Below, in pieces: positions 13,001 through 27,003 of a stretch of 64,000 nucleotides of DNA (position 1 is the stretch's first letter; each line of letters opens with the position of its first letter). The position numbers were made by a program, and so were the translations under genes. The stretch covers positions 2,225,713 to 2,289,712 of the forward strand of contig CAJFCJ010000004.1 in the NCBI GenBank assembly GCA_904063045.1, in the 5' to 3' direction. The DNA comes from Dimorphilus gyrociliatus. Taxonomy: Eukaryota > Animalia > Annelida. The notes under the pieces are model-generated. The model was not told the origin of the DNA, did no database searches, and saw only the letters and a program-made list of their open reading frames with translations.

Positions 13001-13231
13001 CGTCTTGTAATGATTTCTTGGTTGCAAAGGAAAGAAGAAGTAAAAAGAAAATGAAAGAAAATTTATTTCCTTAAGCTATAAACGAAAACAACATTCGTAT
13101 AAAATATCGATGATAAAATTTCAAGTTTCTGCTCATATGTAAATAGAAATGGTGGATCTTTCTTATAAGACTAAGATAATTTACAAAAACTTAATATACA
13201 TATAGCCTAAAGGAATTTATTCTTATATAAA

Positions 13232-13262
<31 letters not shown>

Positions 13263-14074
13263 CTTCCTACTATATTGCATACAGTATATGTATATGCTAT
13301 ACATATAATATATTTAGCATGTATATAATTTTGAGTTGACTAAACATATAGGGAGTAGACCGTGATAATATTAGCCAACTTTAGCGTAAAATGCACGCTT
13401 TTCAATTTTCCTAGATTGCAATTAATATATTTTCTTACTCTATCGACAGATGGCGTGATAATTATTAATAATTGACCAAATGCTGTTTACATTCAAAGAA
13501 TAATCATTTTATCATTTTATAATCTATTAATTTCGATGCTATAATACAGTTTCTGTTTTTTCTATATTGTTTTTATAACATCTACAAATGATGAACTAGA
13601 CAGAAAGCCTTTAATTACAAGTTAATTGTTTCCCAACATAATAGGAGTTAATGAAAGATTAGTAAATGAAAGAAACAAATGAGAATTTTTGGAAGAGAGT
13701 AAAGAGAAAATGGTTCATCTTGATGCTAATGAAATTTCGCTATCTACTCACATTATCTATTTAAACTTTTTTTAACGACTAGAACATTTCAAAGTTGTTT
13801 TGAATACAAGTTAAATAAAACAATCTCTTTTGTTTTTTATATATAGCCTCTGTGAATAATTGTACTTCTTTCCGTCCAAACTGCATAGGCATAAAGTTTT
13901 TCATAGTTTTGACAAGGCTTCTTGAAAACTTTTGTTTGAAGATGTTGTATCCGTATTAATGGCTGTCTACATATAAATTTATATATGTAGATACTGTATA
14001 TATACTAAGATATATTGTGTTTATGAATATCGATATATATATGTATATGCATAAATTCATATCTCTGTAAATAC

Positions 14075-14107
<33 letters not shown>

Positions 14108-14688
14108 CAGTATATATATATATATATGTAAATATAAATACAGTATATATTACTATAAGTGTGTCTGTCTGTCTGTCTGTGTGCCAAGGATGTGCATATT
14201 CTGGAGCAGCATCCTGCGCCCGCCAATCAATGAAAAACATTCTGTAATATATAAAAATATTTACTCTCTGCTTTAACTATTTGCACACCTCTATATAAAC
14301 ATAAGTTGTTTTAAGTTTATGTACGACTTCTTTTTTTAGACGACATCCTGTTATATGAAAATATACGAGTTTATCTAACTAATTAGTATAAAATTAAAAT
14401 TCCGCCGTTTTTCTATGTTATTATCTGGAGAGATTTTAATGATAATAAATATTCCATTACACCAACAAGACGTATAATAGCAGCACTTAAAGCATGACCT
14501 GAATGTATATATTGACAAAATCGATGCAAGCTAAAGCAGATGGCGCTGAAGGAGAAACACAGAATCACCATGCGTTTAGTAAGTGTCATGCGAGCGTTCT
14601 GTTAATCCGTTTTAGCCATCGAGCTTTTTCTTTCGCAACGAAAATTTTTCATTGAATCAACGAAATGTTCATTTAAGTATCCAGAAAT

Positions 14689-14716
14689 ATGGTTATTGCG
14701 ATGGGCAAATCCAAAG
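14689..14716 (+). CDS. Candidate first coding exon of the PDZ gene (MVIAMGKSK, phase 1)
   Basis: ATG in aatATGg context and a strong donor AAAG|GTAAAT. Phase 1 matches the acceptor at 17189 and gives [19 protein letters not shown]. It is short, so chance cannot be excluded. Confidence 0.45.
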
Positions 14717-17188
14717 GTAAATTCCCTTTATTCTTTTGTTTTTATCTTATCTAAACAGTTGCTCCTTGTCAGAGTTTGTAAAGGAATTCTTTAACTGACC
14801 TTTAACGCTCAAAGATAAATCGCAAACGTTTCTTCTTATTTGCTGAATCCTTTTTTTTCTATTTTTATTTTATTACAGTTTTATTATATGTTACATATAT
14901 TATTTAAAAGATATTCATTTCTCTCTATCTATCTATTTACCCATCTATCTTCTATACCACCTACTCCCCTTTTCTCTCTCTCTCTATCTCTCCCTCCCCT
15001 CTCTCTCTATGTCTCTCTTTTCTACTCTTTCTACATCTGCTAGCATCTACTACCCTTTTATTTCTTTAACTATCTAACATATACAGTCCTTTAATATAAC
15101 GGATGCCAACATTCTTCCTTTATTATCTAGACTAGTGCACCAATTATATAGATAAGATATTATCGCTCTATGCCAAGCTGATGCTACTGAATATACTCTA
15201 TATAGGTTTAGATTTTCGCTCAAAAATTATCTTCAGCTATAAATTACAAGAAAATTATGTATACACCTTCTAAACTTAGTATCTATACAGTATAACGATC
15301 TTTATACGTTTACCACAGAATATTTTATATTGAGGTATAGACGGACGTTGTAGTCTTACTTACACTACTTGTATACAAGATAGTACTTAAATATTCACAT
15401 TTCTATATTATGTTATGCCCCTAGACTGCTAAGTTTAAGGTAAAAAAATACAGATATCTTCGTATAAAACGCCCAATTGTATATTCTGCTCACAATCACA
15501 GCTGATTTATAGATATGCAGTCTATGTGTATAAAAATCAACATTATATCTATAAATACTCATAAACCTAACATTTACTCTCTATACAGTCTTAAATATAG
15601 GTATTTTCGATACATAGTTAATTTTATTTTAGATACCCGCACAAAGGTTTTCAATAGGAGGAAAAAACAAAGAGGAAGTCTAATTTTTTTGTTGATTACT
15701 TATGCAAACATTTCTTGCAATGTTTTACAAATTAATATGTCGATATCGATAATTTCGGCTAGAAAAACATTCCAAGTAAATTGGAAATAATTATTATATA
15801 CTTAGTTGTTAGTTGGGCCAGTTCTAAAAAGTAGGCTAATTCCGTAAGCCTTGAAAAAATGAGGTAAAGGTGTGAAGTAGAACTCTACAACGTTTGTTAC
15901 ATACAATATATTCTGCATATAGTATTCGGTTTATTTAAAGAATATTATCTTTTGCTGGATAAGATACAGTTGCCTTAAGAATAAGAAAAGAAAAGGAAAT
16001 GCCCATTAAACTGGCTTGTTATTTAGATTTGTTGGTTATTCACAAACCATCTATTATAACTGTTATCGACTAGATAACGTTGCAGCTGTAACAACAACAA
16101 AAAAATTGTTGTAAAACAAATTTTTGCCATAGAAAATTGTCTCAAAGTGTATTATCTTCAGAACGATTTTCTTTATACATATATAATAGAAATTTCTAAG
16201 AAAAATTTCAAGAAATGAAAGTATTCGGGTCAGTTAAAATATTCCTTTATCAATCTGATAAAACCATGTCAAAATGACGTAATAATTACATTTCAATTGC
16301 TATCTTTTATTTATTTATAGTTATGCTTTCTTCCTTATATTTAATATAATCTCTGTGCAGTATTTATCCATCAATGTAAATTATTATTTAAATTATAGAC
16401 TTTTATATCAATTAACCTTGAATTGTTTACGGCATTTTAAAAATAGAACTCAATCAGGTAGAAAACTTGACTGAATAGATAGAAAAAAAGAGGTAAATTG
16501 AGAGATAATTATGTGAAACAAAAAAAGAATACATAGAATTGCAGTAAAAGTACCTTTTCTTAAGTACTACGGGCAGAATTATTGATCTGTCGATATGCGA
16601 GTGATGAATAAGCAAAAAGCTCGATGATCGACTGGTCTCAAGAAAATGTATAGAAATTTAATAAACCATCTAATTAATTAGAAACTGTAATACAGGATAC
16701 TTTTGTAAACAATTAGAATGTTAACTCTATTAAGCGATAATACAATGGATAAAAATAGAGTTAGCTGCGAAAGAAACATTTAATGCAACAAAAAACTTTC
16801 AATTTATTCAAAGGATAACAACGCTTCTCTTTCTTTTTTTATATCTTTTAACTTATATGCTCTGTACTTTTCAAATGTTATGAAAATAGATTATATTTTC
16901 TCTCTCTCTTCCTTTCTGTTCTTCCCCTTTCTTTTTACTATTCTATAAGGGAAGTAGTCATTTAGCCATTTTGATGTAAAATAATTTGTTTGACTTTTAG
17001 CTGTGATTGTCAGAACAATAATTTTCCATTAAATAAATCCTTCTGGCCCGTAATAGGGTAAAAGAAAAACGGTCTTTTAATACTATTTTCCAGTTTCCGC
17101 CTTAAACAATTTGGTTAAATAGAATCTTTATCATTTTCTTACAAAAGAGGAATATTCTTCTAATTTCAACATTTTCCTTTAAAAGCAG

Positions 17189-20100
17189 ACGAACTAATCC
17201 GAAGATACGGTGAACTAAATGGTGAACTCCATGTAGTTCAGATAGAAAGGGGTAATTCCTCGAATGGATTAGGATTAAGCCTAGCTGGAAATAAGGATTT
17301 GGATGAGATGAGCGTGTTTATAGTAGGAATAACACCAAGCTCTCCTGCATCTGATGATGGACGTGTTAGAATCGGAGATCAACTCTTGGAGGTTTGATGA
17401 TTTAATATATTTTATTTTTAATACACAACGTAGTCTAGATTATCATTGTGAAAAAAAGATTTATTTGTAAGGTAAAAATCATTAGACACTTTCAGCCTGT
17501 ACGTCACTGTTTTTAAAAAATACTGTAAGTAAGCTATATATACGATAGATGTCTATATATATAATATTTATATCTAGAGAAAACATATACAGTATATATA
17601 TATATATATGAATACCCTTAATTGTAAGCATAACATAATATAAAGAATAAAAAAAACAAATTTTCCCAATGGGAGTATGAAGAGACCAGAAAAAGGACAT
17701 AATATATTTTTTTCCGCAAGAATCATTCCCTAAATAAAACCTTAAAAAAAGTCAAAAATCTAACAGATTCTTTCTCTATATCTCTTTTTTTTTTAAAAAA
17801 AAAACATGGCTTGGTCTATCCATTATTATTGTAGAGAGGGATAATTCATTTTAATTATTCTTTATAAAATATCTTCTCTTTTTATGAAATAAGAAATAAT
17901 AATAAGAAGAATCTTTAGGGAATCTATTGAAGCTTTAGCTGAAAAGATTTATATTTATAAAGTTGATAACAGGATTTAAACTGTATAAAATAGTCTTGAA
18001 AAAAAAGGAGAAGAGAAGAGAGAAATAGACAAAGAATAGAAGAAAGAAAGAGACAGCAGAAAGACAGTTAGATAGAGAGATAGAGGAAAATAGAAAATTC
18101 TAGAGAGAGAGAGAGAGAAATGGAAAGAAAAGTGAAAAAAGTGAGAGTTGTTTATTCTTCTATTAGAATATTTTGGCTCTTTTATTTATATTTACTCAAA
18201 TATGTACGCACATGTACCAAACCTTAGTTATGGGTGTGTCCATTAAGCTGTCTGCATCAATAGTGTTTAGTATGGTATACGAAAGAGGAGTTTTGTACTC
18301 ACTAATCAATAATCGGTCTTTTTTTTTGCTACAATATATTTTGGCGAATAGCCGTAATATAATGACATATTTATGGTCCACTACAAGAATACACGTATTA
18401 TAGTCAGACATAAAGCAATTGCATAATTCAACTTTAATTCTGATTCCAATAACGATTCCAACGTTCTAAGTCTATAGGGAAAAAATTTCATCTCTAAGAT
18501 GTGCTGTTAGGGAAACGTTAGACAATTTTCTTCTCTTCTGGCTACTGCCTCCCTTGCAATTGTTCATTACTTGATATTATGCAACATTTCCAACGTAATC
18601 ACCTTTTATCAATACAATTGATATAATTTTCGGGTAGTTTTATAATCATTTGATTTTTATGAGAACATACCGTAAAGAAACCAGAGTGTGGGAATTAAAC
18701 AGGTCGGAGTAAAGTAAAACGATTGATAGAAGGGGCAACGAAAGGAGAGAGAAAGAGATAGACAGAAAGAGAGAGAGAGAGAAAACGAGTTGGTAAAAAA
18801 GGAAAAGAGAAAAGCGATAAGAGAAAGAGAAGAGCAATAATTCTATTCAGATATGTAACACTAGGGATTTATTATATGTAAATTTTTTCCATATTAAAAC
18901 AAAATTGCTTCGACACGTATCTTATTATAACGAAAGAAGATTATAAAGGATTTTATGGCTATTAAATCCATTTAATAAAATTAAACCAATGTCAGCAGGA
19001 CTTAAATATAAGTAAAAATACACGTAAAAGTAGAATCTCATCTTTATTAAGAGTAAATATTGACCGACTTAAAAGCTATACTTTTATTATTTTTGTACAC
19101 ATATTTTTCTCATATTTAGAACAAAAACAATAAAGCATTTTTTATTGCTTTATTTATTTAATTAACAACTACAAACTACTAAAGTGATTACTTGCAGGTA
19201 AACGATAAAGTTCTTTTTGGAAGAAGTCATCTTAATGCTTCAGCCCTGATTAAAGGTGTCCGTTCTAATGAAGTTAAGATTGTACTTCTCAGGTGAGAAA
19301 AAACGATACAATTTCTATATATAATTTTATCTAAGCCAAAGAATAATCATTCGTACTAAGTACAGTACTTAACTTTCTAAACAACATCATTACCTTATAT
19401 AAAGGAAAATACATGCCTAGAATTGCCAAGTAAAGTAATTCACTTTCAATTAAAACTGTTATTGTTTTATTGAACTAGTTAGCTATGTTTGTTAGATATA
19501 TTGTTTATAAAATGTCTATGGTATAAATATAGCATTTATATATATACAGTATATATATATATATATATCTTTTATAAAGCTTACATATAACAAATCTAAA
19601 ATTAACCATACCTGTAAACAAATATAGAATTGTAAGCATAAAAGAGCGACTTTTGTTCGAAATCCAACTATATTAGTGTATACAGTATATATACTGTATA
19701 TTATAGTTTAACATTCGTATTGTACATGAAGTATAATTATTAAGAAAAGTGTACACTGGTTATCATTATTATCATCAACTACCTTTTAAGTAAACTGAAC
19801 CATATAATTTATTGATATATGTATATATATATATATATGAGTATATACTATATTTATGTTATATATGTAATAAATAGGCGGCAAGATGCTCTCTTTCATA
19901 TGGCTGTGAAACCTATTATTAACAATAAATTTGAATATAAGGTATGCTCTTAACTGTCTTTATTAGTGTATTTGTTTTTAACTAATTTATTCTATTCATA
20001 CGTTTTCAGGAAGACCCTTCTACATTAATAAAGTTTGACAGAACAAAACTTCTTTCACAAGATTCACAGCTGGTTCTGTCTTTTTTAAATACATATATAT

Positions 20101-23100
20101 TAATATATATATTAATATACTGCTATCTATAATGAAATAATCTTCTCAATAATACAGAGCTCCAGTAAGGAAGATGAAGATGAAAATTGCTCTCTTCCCT
20201 CCGTTGATGTAAGTTATTAATATTTCAAAAGGAAAAAAAGAAGATAAAATAGGCTTCGTATCAGGAAATATGCTAGTTTCTATCAAAAGCTAATCATTTA
20301 ATCAACCTCTTTTCCCAATCTATTCACTTGTTTTTTCTACACACAACTCTCCTCTGTACACATACCTCGATTAAACGAAACCTATATAGTCTACTGCAAA
20401 AACTTCTCTGCACGTATTGCAGATTTTCTCTATCGCGTATTGGCATCGCTTGTTTATAAAAAATTTATTAGACAATAATTATTATCAAATTCCAGTTGGA
20501 TACCTTATCCGTAAATTCTCAAGAGTCTAAATTTCTATATTGTCTAGCCATAGCTCAGGTAATCCTAGTCTCTTTGTATCACTTATATAGCCAGACTAGT
20601 GGTAGGAAACACGTAGAGAGGCTTTGGCCGTTTAAGCATTCCATACATTAACAAAAGAAAAGTCTTAGCATAAATACTATGAAAAATCAAAAAGATGCCT
20701 TTTTTGTTCTTATCTTAAATCCTAAATAAGACAAAAAGGGAAGCACATAGAAAATTAGAAATTATAGTATTGCTTTACACGGAATTTACACGAATTTCTC
20801 TTTTTCGTTGTTTTCTTTATTGAAAAAATTATCAATATTTTCTGCTCTGTGCTTGCAAGGGAGGAGAAAAGTCTATTGAAAAAGCTGAGGATACTGAAAG
20901 GGAAGAGGTACAAATTATATAAGGAATACTGTATATATCGATATATATATATATATAGCTCCTCTATTAATAGATATAATATATATACATATTTATATAT
21001 ATGGCAATACTATATACAGTATATACGTTATATATATATATATATTATATGTACAATTCCTGAGGCATTCCAACTAGATTTACCCGCAAAATACTTGCGT
21101 CACCAATCACTAACCACTTAGTTGAAAATAAATTGGATTTCTGTTGCAAAATTTGCTTACACTAATCTGGTTATGAAATGAAATAGTTCACGGCTCCTAT
21201 ACAATAGCTTTCTGGAATTTCTAGATTATGAATCTCGTATTTTTTTTTTCCGTTTTTTTTACCCCGGCACCCTAGAAAAAAAAATTATCGACCGTCGCTA
21301 TAGAATCTCTTATAGAAGAATACTTTTAAAATTAGAAATAAATTAACTAAGAGAATGACGTAATAATATTAACAATAATAATGACTGTTTATTATTCTTT
21401 ATCAATTGTTTGAAGTTTTGATAGAAAGAAGGATTAAAAAAAAAATAAAAAAAAAAGAACAAAGAGAAAAAAGATAATTTATTTTTAGTTCTTTTTTTCT
21501 CTCTATCTTTTTCTATTTTAAGGTCAGAGTCGAATAAATGAAGATTTAGACGATGTCAATGTCACAATAATAGAATTAATAAGGATATAGTAGATAATAA
21601 ATAAAAGGGAGAAAATGCTTTAATAAATAGCGAATATAGGCTTTTTTATAGATATGCAATATATACAGTATATATTAAAATTTATTTTTGGCAATAGAAC
21701 AAACGAACTTTATTAAAAACATTGATATATTTACATTTCACTATGTATTCTAGAAGTACTTCTTTAGTCTCCTTTGTATTCTTCTCTTCTTCTCTTATAA
21801 AGATAATTATGAATTTCTACGAAATAAATTTTTCTTTATGAATAAAATCGTACATTTTATATAAAGATAGGCCTATAGTAAATCTATGAAGATTATCGAT
21901 AGAAATGAAAATATTGAAATTCTATAGCTATATCCTAGACAGATACATATATATATATATTTTGTCGAGCGTTCGCTGCTGAAATAAGTGATCAAATAAA
22001 CCTACTGTATAGTAAAAGTATTCAAATTAGATTACAAGAAAATCACTAAACGGTTGAGAGAATAATACTAGCTATTTCTTTCTTTCTTTTTTACCTCTTT
22101 CCTCTTTATTATTATTATTTTTATGTTACTTTCTTAGCTTTTGAGGTGGTAGTTATAGACTGAATATCTTACCTTAGAGAAACGGTATATTTATATACTA
22201 CATTAGAAGGATTTTAACTTTGTTTTATTGATAATTTGCAAAGAAATTTTTATGAATACAGAAAGAAAATAAAATAGAAACTGAAAATTCCAAAGATATC
22301 GGTGACGTGGAAGCCATTGAATTGATAAAAGTAATTGTTTACCGTTGAATATCCTCCCTATTAAGCTGTAACTTTATTGCATTCTAGGGATCAGTAGGAG
22401 GATTAGGCTTTGCAATAAAAGAGGATACTGTGGATGGGATACGAGGTATACGAGTTCGGACGATTACGCCTGGCGGAGTGGCTGATTTAGACGGCCGTTT
22501 AAAGATTGGTGATAGAATTTTGGGGGTTGGAGATAAAAGTTTAGAAAATGCTACGTATCAAGAAGCGTTGGATGATTTAAGGGGGAGACCGGAAGGTCCT
22601 GTAAAATTAATTGTAAAATCGGGAAAGGCAGCAGTTTGTACACAGATTGAACCTGAAAAGAAAACAGAAGAAGCAGTTTCCGTTCCGAATCCGGTTCCGG
22701 CCGAACCGGAGATTGTGTTAGATCCCGCGACTTGTCCGATTGTAAAAGGCAAGGAAACTACGATTAGTATTGCAAAAGGTCAAAAAGGATTAGGATTAAG
22801 TATAGTAGGTGGTGCCGATACTATGCTGGGCGCTATATTGATTCATGAAGTGCACCAAGATGGCGCTGCATCAAAAGACAATCGGTTACAAGTTGGGGAC
22901 CATATTTTAGAAGTTGATGATAATAATTTAAGAGATGCAACTCACGAACAGGTAAGAAAAGAGAGAGCATATATAATTCTAATAATAGCCTCGTTTACCA
23001 TTATTTGGTTAATTTAATCGTTTTGGGCGAGAAGGGAAAGGGTGGAAGGAAAAGAAGTATTAGTATAATTATCAACGGGAGTTTAAGTGGTTGTTAAATT

Positions 23101-23827
23101 CTGCGGTTTTCGCAAAACTCAATATACTCAACCGAAGTGTATGATATGTATGTCATCTTATATGTAATGTGTACAGTATACTATTTTAAGCGAAAAGAAA
23201 GGCTCCCATAGCAAATAGTATATTAAACGATGCATATAATTACGATGTATACTAGAAAGACTTGCAGTGTAAGTAAATAATTACTCTTTTCAAATACGAT
23301 AAATGTTTTACATTTCTATGTTCATAGGACCCTTTGATCGTCTTTTATTTTATCCTGTACTTTATTTTTAATGTCAACAGGCTACTTTGGTTCTTAGACG
23401 AACGCAAAACGTAGTTATAATGACTGTGAAACGGGAAGAAACGTCTACAACGCCAAAACCTGAAGAGGATCCGTACGACGTCATAACTGTTACTTTACAA
23501 AAGAAGCCTAACAAGGGCCTTGGCCTGAGTATAGTTGGGAGAAGGGGTCACGGAGGTGTTTTTATATCAGATTTAGTAAAAGGAGGAGTAGCAGACGGAG
23601 ACGGAAAACTAAAGGCAGGAGACCAAATTATAAATGTAAACGGTGAAGATTTAAGGAATGCAAGTCATGAACAGGCTGCGGCTCTGTTGAAGACAATAAT
23701 CGGCAAAGTAACTTTGACAATCGGGAGATTGAAGACTAATTCATCGAGCCAATCGTCATCGAGAAGGGGTTCCTCTAGCAGTGCGAAAAGTGGGGCTGGA
23801 AGTAGGAAAGCAAGCGGAAGTAAATAA
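17189..23827 (+). CDS. MPDZ: Multiple-PDZ-domain scaffold (MPDZ/MUPP1-PATJ family); four PDZ domains equivalent to MPDZ PDZ8-11
   Basis: Exons 17189-17391, 19198-19292, 19878-19941, 20010-20072 (weak donor), 20158-20208, 22262-22330, 22388-22951 and 23381-23827 form one open frame. Diagnostic segments are [29 protein letters not shown] (PDZ8), [37 protein letters not shown] (PDZ10) and [32 protein letters not shown] (PDZ11). An AATAAA overlaps the stop codon. The 5' end is unresolved. Confidence 0.93.
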
Positions 23828-24994
23828 AACATAATTTTTTTTTCATTTACTTATCGATTAGGACCCACTCTAGTGTTCTTTTTCGACTGCATATATATAT
23901 ATATATATATATACTGTATATATATATATATATAGCATATGCAGTAAAAAAATGTAACACCAGTAAAAATGACATTTGAAATTTTGATCCAATATTTTTT
24001 TTACAAAGAAAAAACTATATACATTTATCTTTTCTCTGTCTCTCAGTCGCTCAGTCTCTTTCCTTCCCCCCTCTCTCTCTCTCTCTCTATCTATCCATCT
24101 ATCTCACTCACTCTCTCTCTCTCTCTTTCTTTGCAAACTCATAAAAAATGCCAATATAAGACAAATTTTTTAGAGAAATTGTATATTTATCAATTTATAT
24201 TCTATTTAAAAATAAAGCCAGAAAAGAAAGATTTTATACACAAAAAAAAAGATGTAAGGAAGAAAAGAGAACCTTTTTCTTCGTTCGCAATATACTCTAG
24301 TTCCTTATCTTTTTCAAGTATTCACCTTGTGATATGAAATTTATATAAGAAAATAATCAAAGGGAAATAGTCATCGTTATTTTATAAACAACTTTTCTTT
24401 ATAAAATTAAATTTACTTTACAGCTGCACTCCTAATTTCATCCAAAAGTTACTAACACGTGACTAATGAAGGTTCGATTTCCCTTTCATTAATTATATAA
24501 ACCTACAGATTTTATCCCCTAATGGAAAGTGTTCATTTTTTTTCACCTTTTTTCCCAACTGATATTTTATGTTCTCTTCCCGATCCATTTGTCTTCGTTT
24601 TTCCCCTTTTGTAATTATTAATATCAGCTTTATATTGTTTTATTGCTTTTAATTTAGTTTTTATTTTTAAATATTTATTATTTCTTTTACTGAAACACTA
24701 ACAAAAAATCTGTAACAGGCTATTAATTGGATGAAAGGAAGAAAGGAAATCACGCAATAATGAATTGGATTTTCAACGCTTCAGTTCTGCACTTTTTGTT
24801 CAGTTCATTATCGCAATAGTAAGCACAAATCATTATACAAAGTCAATTCCTGAGCCATAGGTTTTTTGCCTTTAATACACTAATAGTTTTTCGTTTATCT
24901 TTGTCCTTTAAAAACCTTATTTTAAAAGCATGTAAGCTTTTCTTCCTGTATTTGACGATTTTCTAGGACTTTTATTTTCTCTACTAATTGCAAC

Positions 24995-25032
<38 letters not shown>

Positions 25033-25866
25033 TATAAATTTTGAAAGACAGCAACGACCCTATACATATAACTTTTTATATGTAAATGAATCTTTTTGTT
25101 AAGAAGTATTGAATTCTATTTTATTACTCAATCATTAACAAAATTTGCAAAGACACTTGATAAACTAATTCTTTTCATTTTTATAGATAGAATATCGATA
25201 TTTCCTTACATAGTTTGTATACTCGATGAAAACATATTTTTTGCTTAAATACTTTATTTACAATTTGATAAAAAAAAATGAAGAATAATTAGAGCAAGAA
25301 GAGTTATTATCAATGCATTTTCTCTATATCTTCCCTCTTCTTTTCTGTTACACTGTTGCTGTTTATACAACTCTTCTAATTTAAACTCTTTCTTTATATC
25401 AAATATAATATAAATTTATACAGTATCTATATTTAACAAACTCGAGATTTCTCTCAGTCTTCAGAAAAGAAATTCCTTTCTACTCGATAAAGAACTTCTA
25501 TGATTCAATTTGGCTTATATCTAGAATTTTTTCCACTTTAGGAGATGTTCTATAAAATATACATTATAGTAAACCATATATTAACCATAAATCAGCATAT
25601 TTAGTAGCAATACTATACAAACTTCTTTATCATAAAGTTGCTAAAGCAGGACTTATAGAAAAATTGGATATCTATTAAAATTTGTTCAGGAAACAGTTTT
25701 TCAAACAAACAAATAAAAAAACAACAACAACAATGGAAAACGATACTTTAAGTTGTATTCAAAATGCAAATACGTTCTTTTGTTACAAAACCGTTGTTTC
25801 ACATTACTGATAAAAGAATAATACATTTGAAAAAAATAGATAAATATGACTGAATTGTACAGAAAC

Positions 25867-25868
<2 letters not shown>

Positions 25869-25907
<39 letters not shown>
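25869..25907. repeat. (TA)n microsatellite just left of the Tc1 remnant
   Basis: Perfect TA run read directly. Similar runs occur at ~10054-10081, ~47381-47419, ~24998-25031 and elsewhere. Confidence 0.9.
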
Positions 25908-25912
<5 letters not shown>

Positions 25913-25927
25913 TTTTATACATATAAA

Positions 25928-26489
25928 CAGTGCGCAAAAAAATTGTGGCGACCGGTATTTCTCTTCCTAAAACTCATATTAACATCAACCTGGATGGACC
26001 TGACAATTGAATTTATTATTGCCATTGTATTATTCCGTAGAGAAAGAGAAGTTCTATCTAAAAATATAGAGGCAGAGGAATAGGCAAGGGAAACTTCCCT
26101 TGCGCAAGAAAGCCCAGAATGGAAAGGACTACGTTGATATTTTAAAGGATCATTTTGTTCCTTCTGCTTATTTTCTCTATGCTGCAAACTTTATTTACTC
26201 CACAGGATTTTCACTGCAAAAAAGCTTCTTTGTCGAACAAGGAATAGAATAATTTGACTGGTCATCAAATTGTCCAACTTGAACATAATTGAGTGCATGT
26301 AGTGAAAGATGGCAAGGCGAGTATATCGAAATAGAAGACAGTTTGACTGGACTGAAATCAACATGTAGAATCTAAACCAGAACTTCTCAGATAGAATAGT
26401 CAAGCAAGGCTACAACACTTAATCATAAAATTAATACCAAAAATTATTTTATAGAAGAGAAGTGATTGTGCCCCACAATTTTTTGCAGT
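25928..26489 (+). mobile_element. Degenerate, internally deleted Tc1/mariner (Tc3-like) DNA transposon
   Basis: Transposase remnants with stops and frameshifts: NINLDGPD (25981-26004, cf. Tc3 KFNLDGPDG), YVDILKDHFVPSA, and FDWSSNCP-LNIIECM**KMARRVYRNRRQFD (cf. WPARSPDLNPIENLW). Imperfect terminal inverted repeats: cagtgcgcaaaaaaattgtggc on the left and gccccacaattttttgcagt on the right. Confidence 0.85.
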
Positions 26490-27003
26490 TTTAATATAAG
26501 AAAGCCACTTAACCTAAAATCTTAAAGAGATCCTAGATTACAGATATTTCTTAAACGCATTTATATATTCATGTCTACAATTAGAAATATATAATTATAT
26601 ATCAAAGAGAAAAAGATTATAAACAAATTTTCAGTGGGGTCACAGTTGATTGTGCGTACTGTACATTAACGTATAGATATTAATAATATATTACATATAT
26701 ATATATATAGATATATATATATATAATTTGACTTCAAAGAGAAAACTTGGAACATACTTTTGTTGGTTGAAAAAATAAAGAAAAAAATATATTCAACATA
26801 ATCATAATAAATTTTCCGTTGGATGCACATTTACCCCGAAGGCCTAAAATCCAATATACTCAACCTAATAATTACCATCCTTTACATAGAGTATAGGTAA
26901 TATAAACAGTTGCATCTTTTACAGGAATCTCACTTTCTCTTTATACAATTATTATATTTGTGCAAAATACACAAAGTAAAAGAAATATTTTTTAAGTATA
27001 TAA

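Noticed and set aside
19679-19700. Similarity of TACTGTATATATATACAGTA-type sequences to bacterial LexA/SOS boxes
   Set aside because: This is eukaryotic DNA. The motif is better explained as interrupted (TA)n tracts or Tc1 footprints.
22142-22162. let-7-like start TGAGGTGGTAG (also TGAGGTGGTA near 45746)
   Set aside because: There is a seed mismatch to let-7 and no adequate precursor hairpin.
25915-26403. Minus-strand ORFs 25915-26187 and 26191-26403
   Set aside because: They are antisense to the decayed Tc1-like transposase, which explains the coding-like composition.
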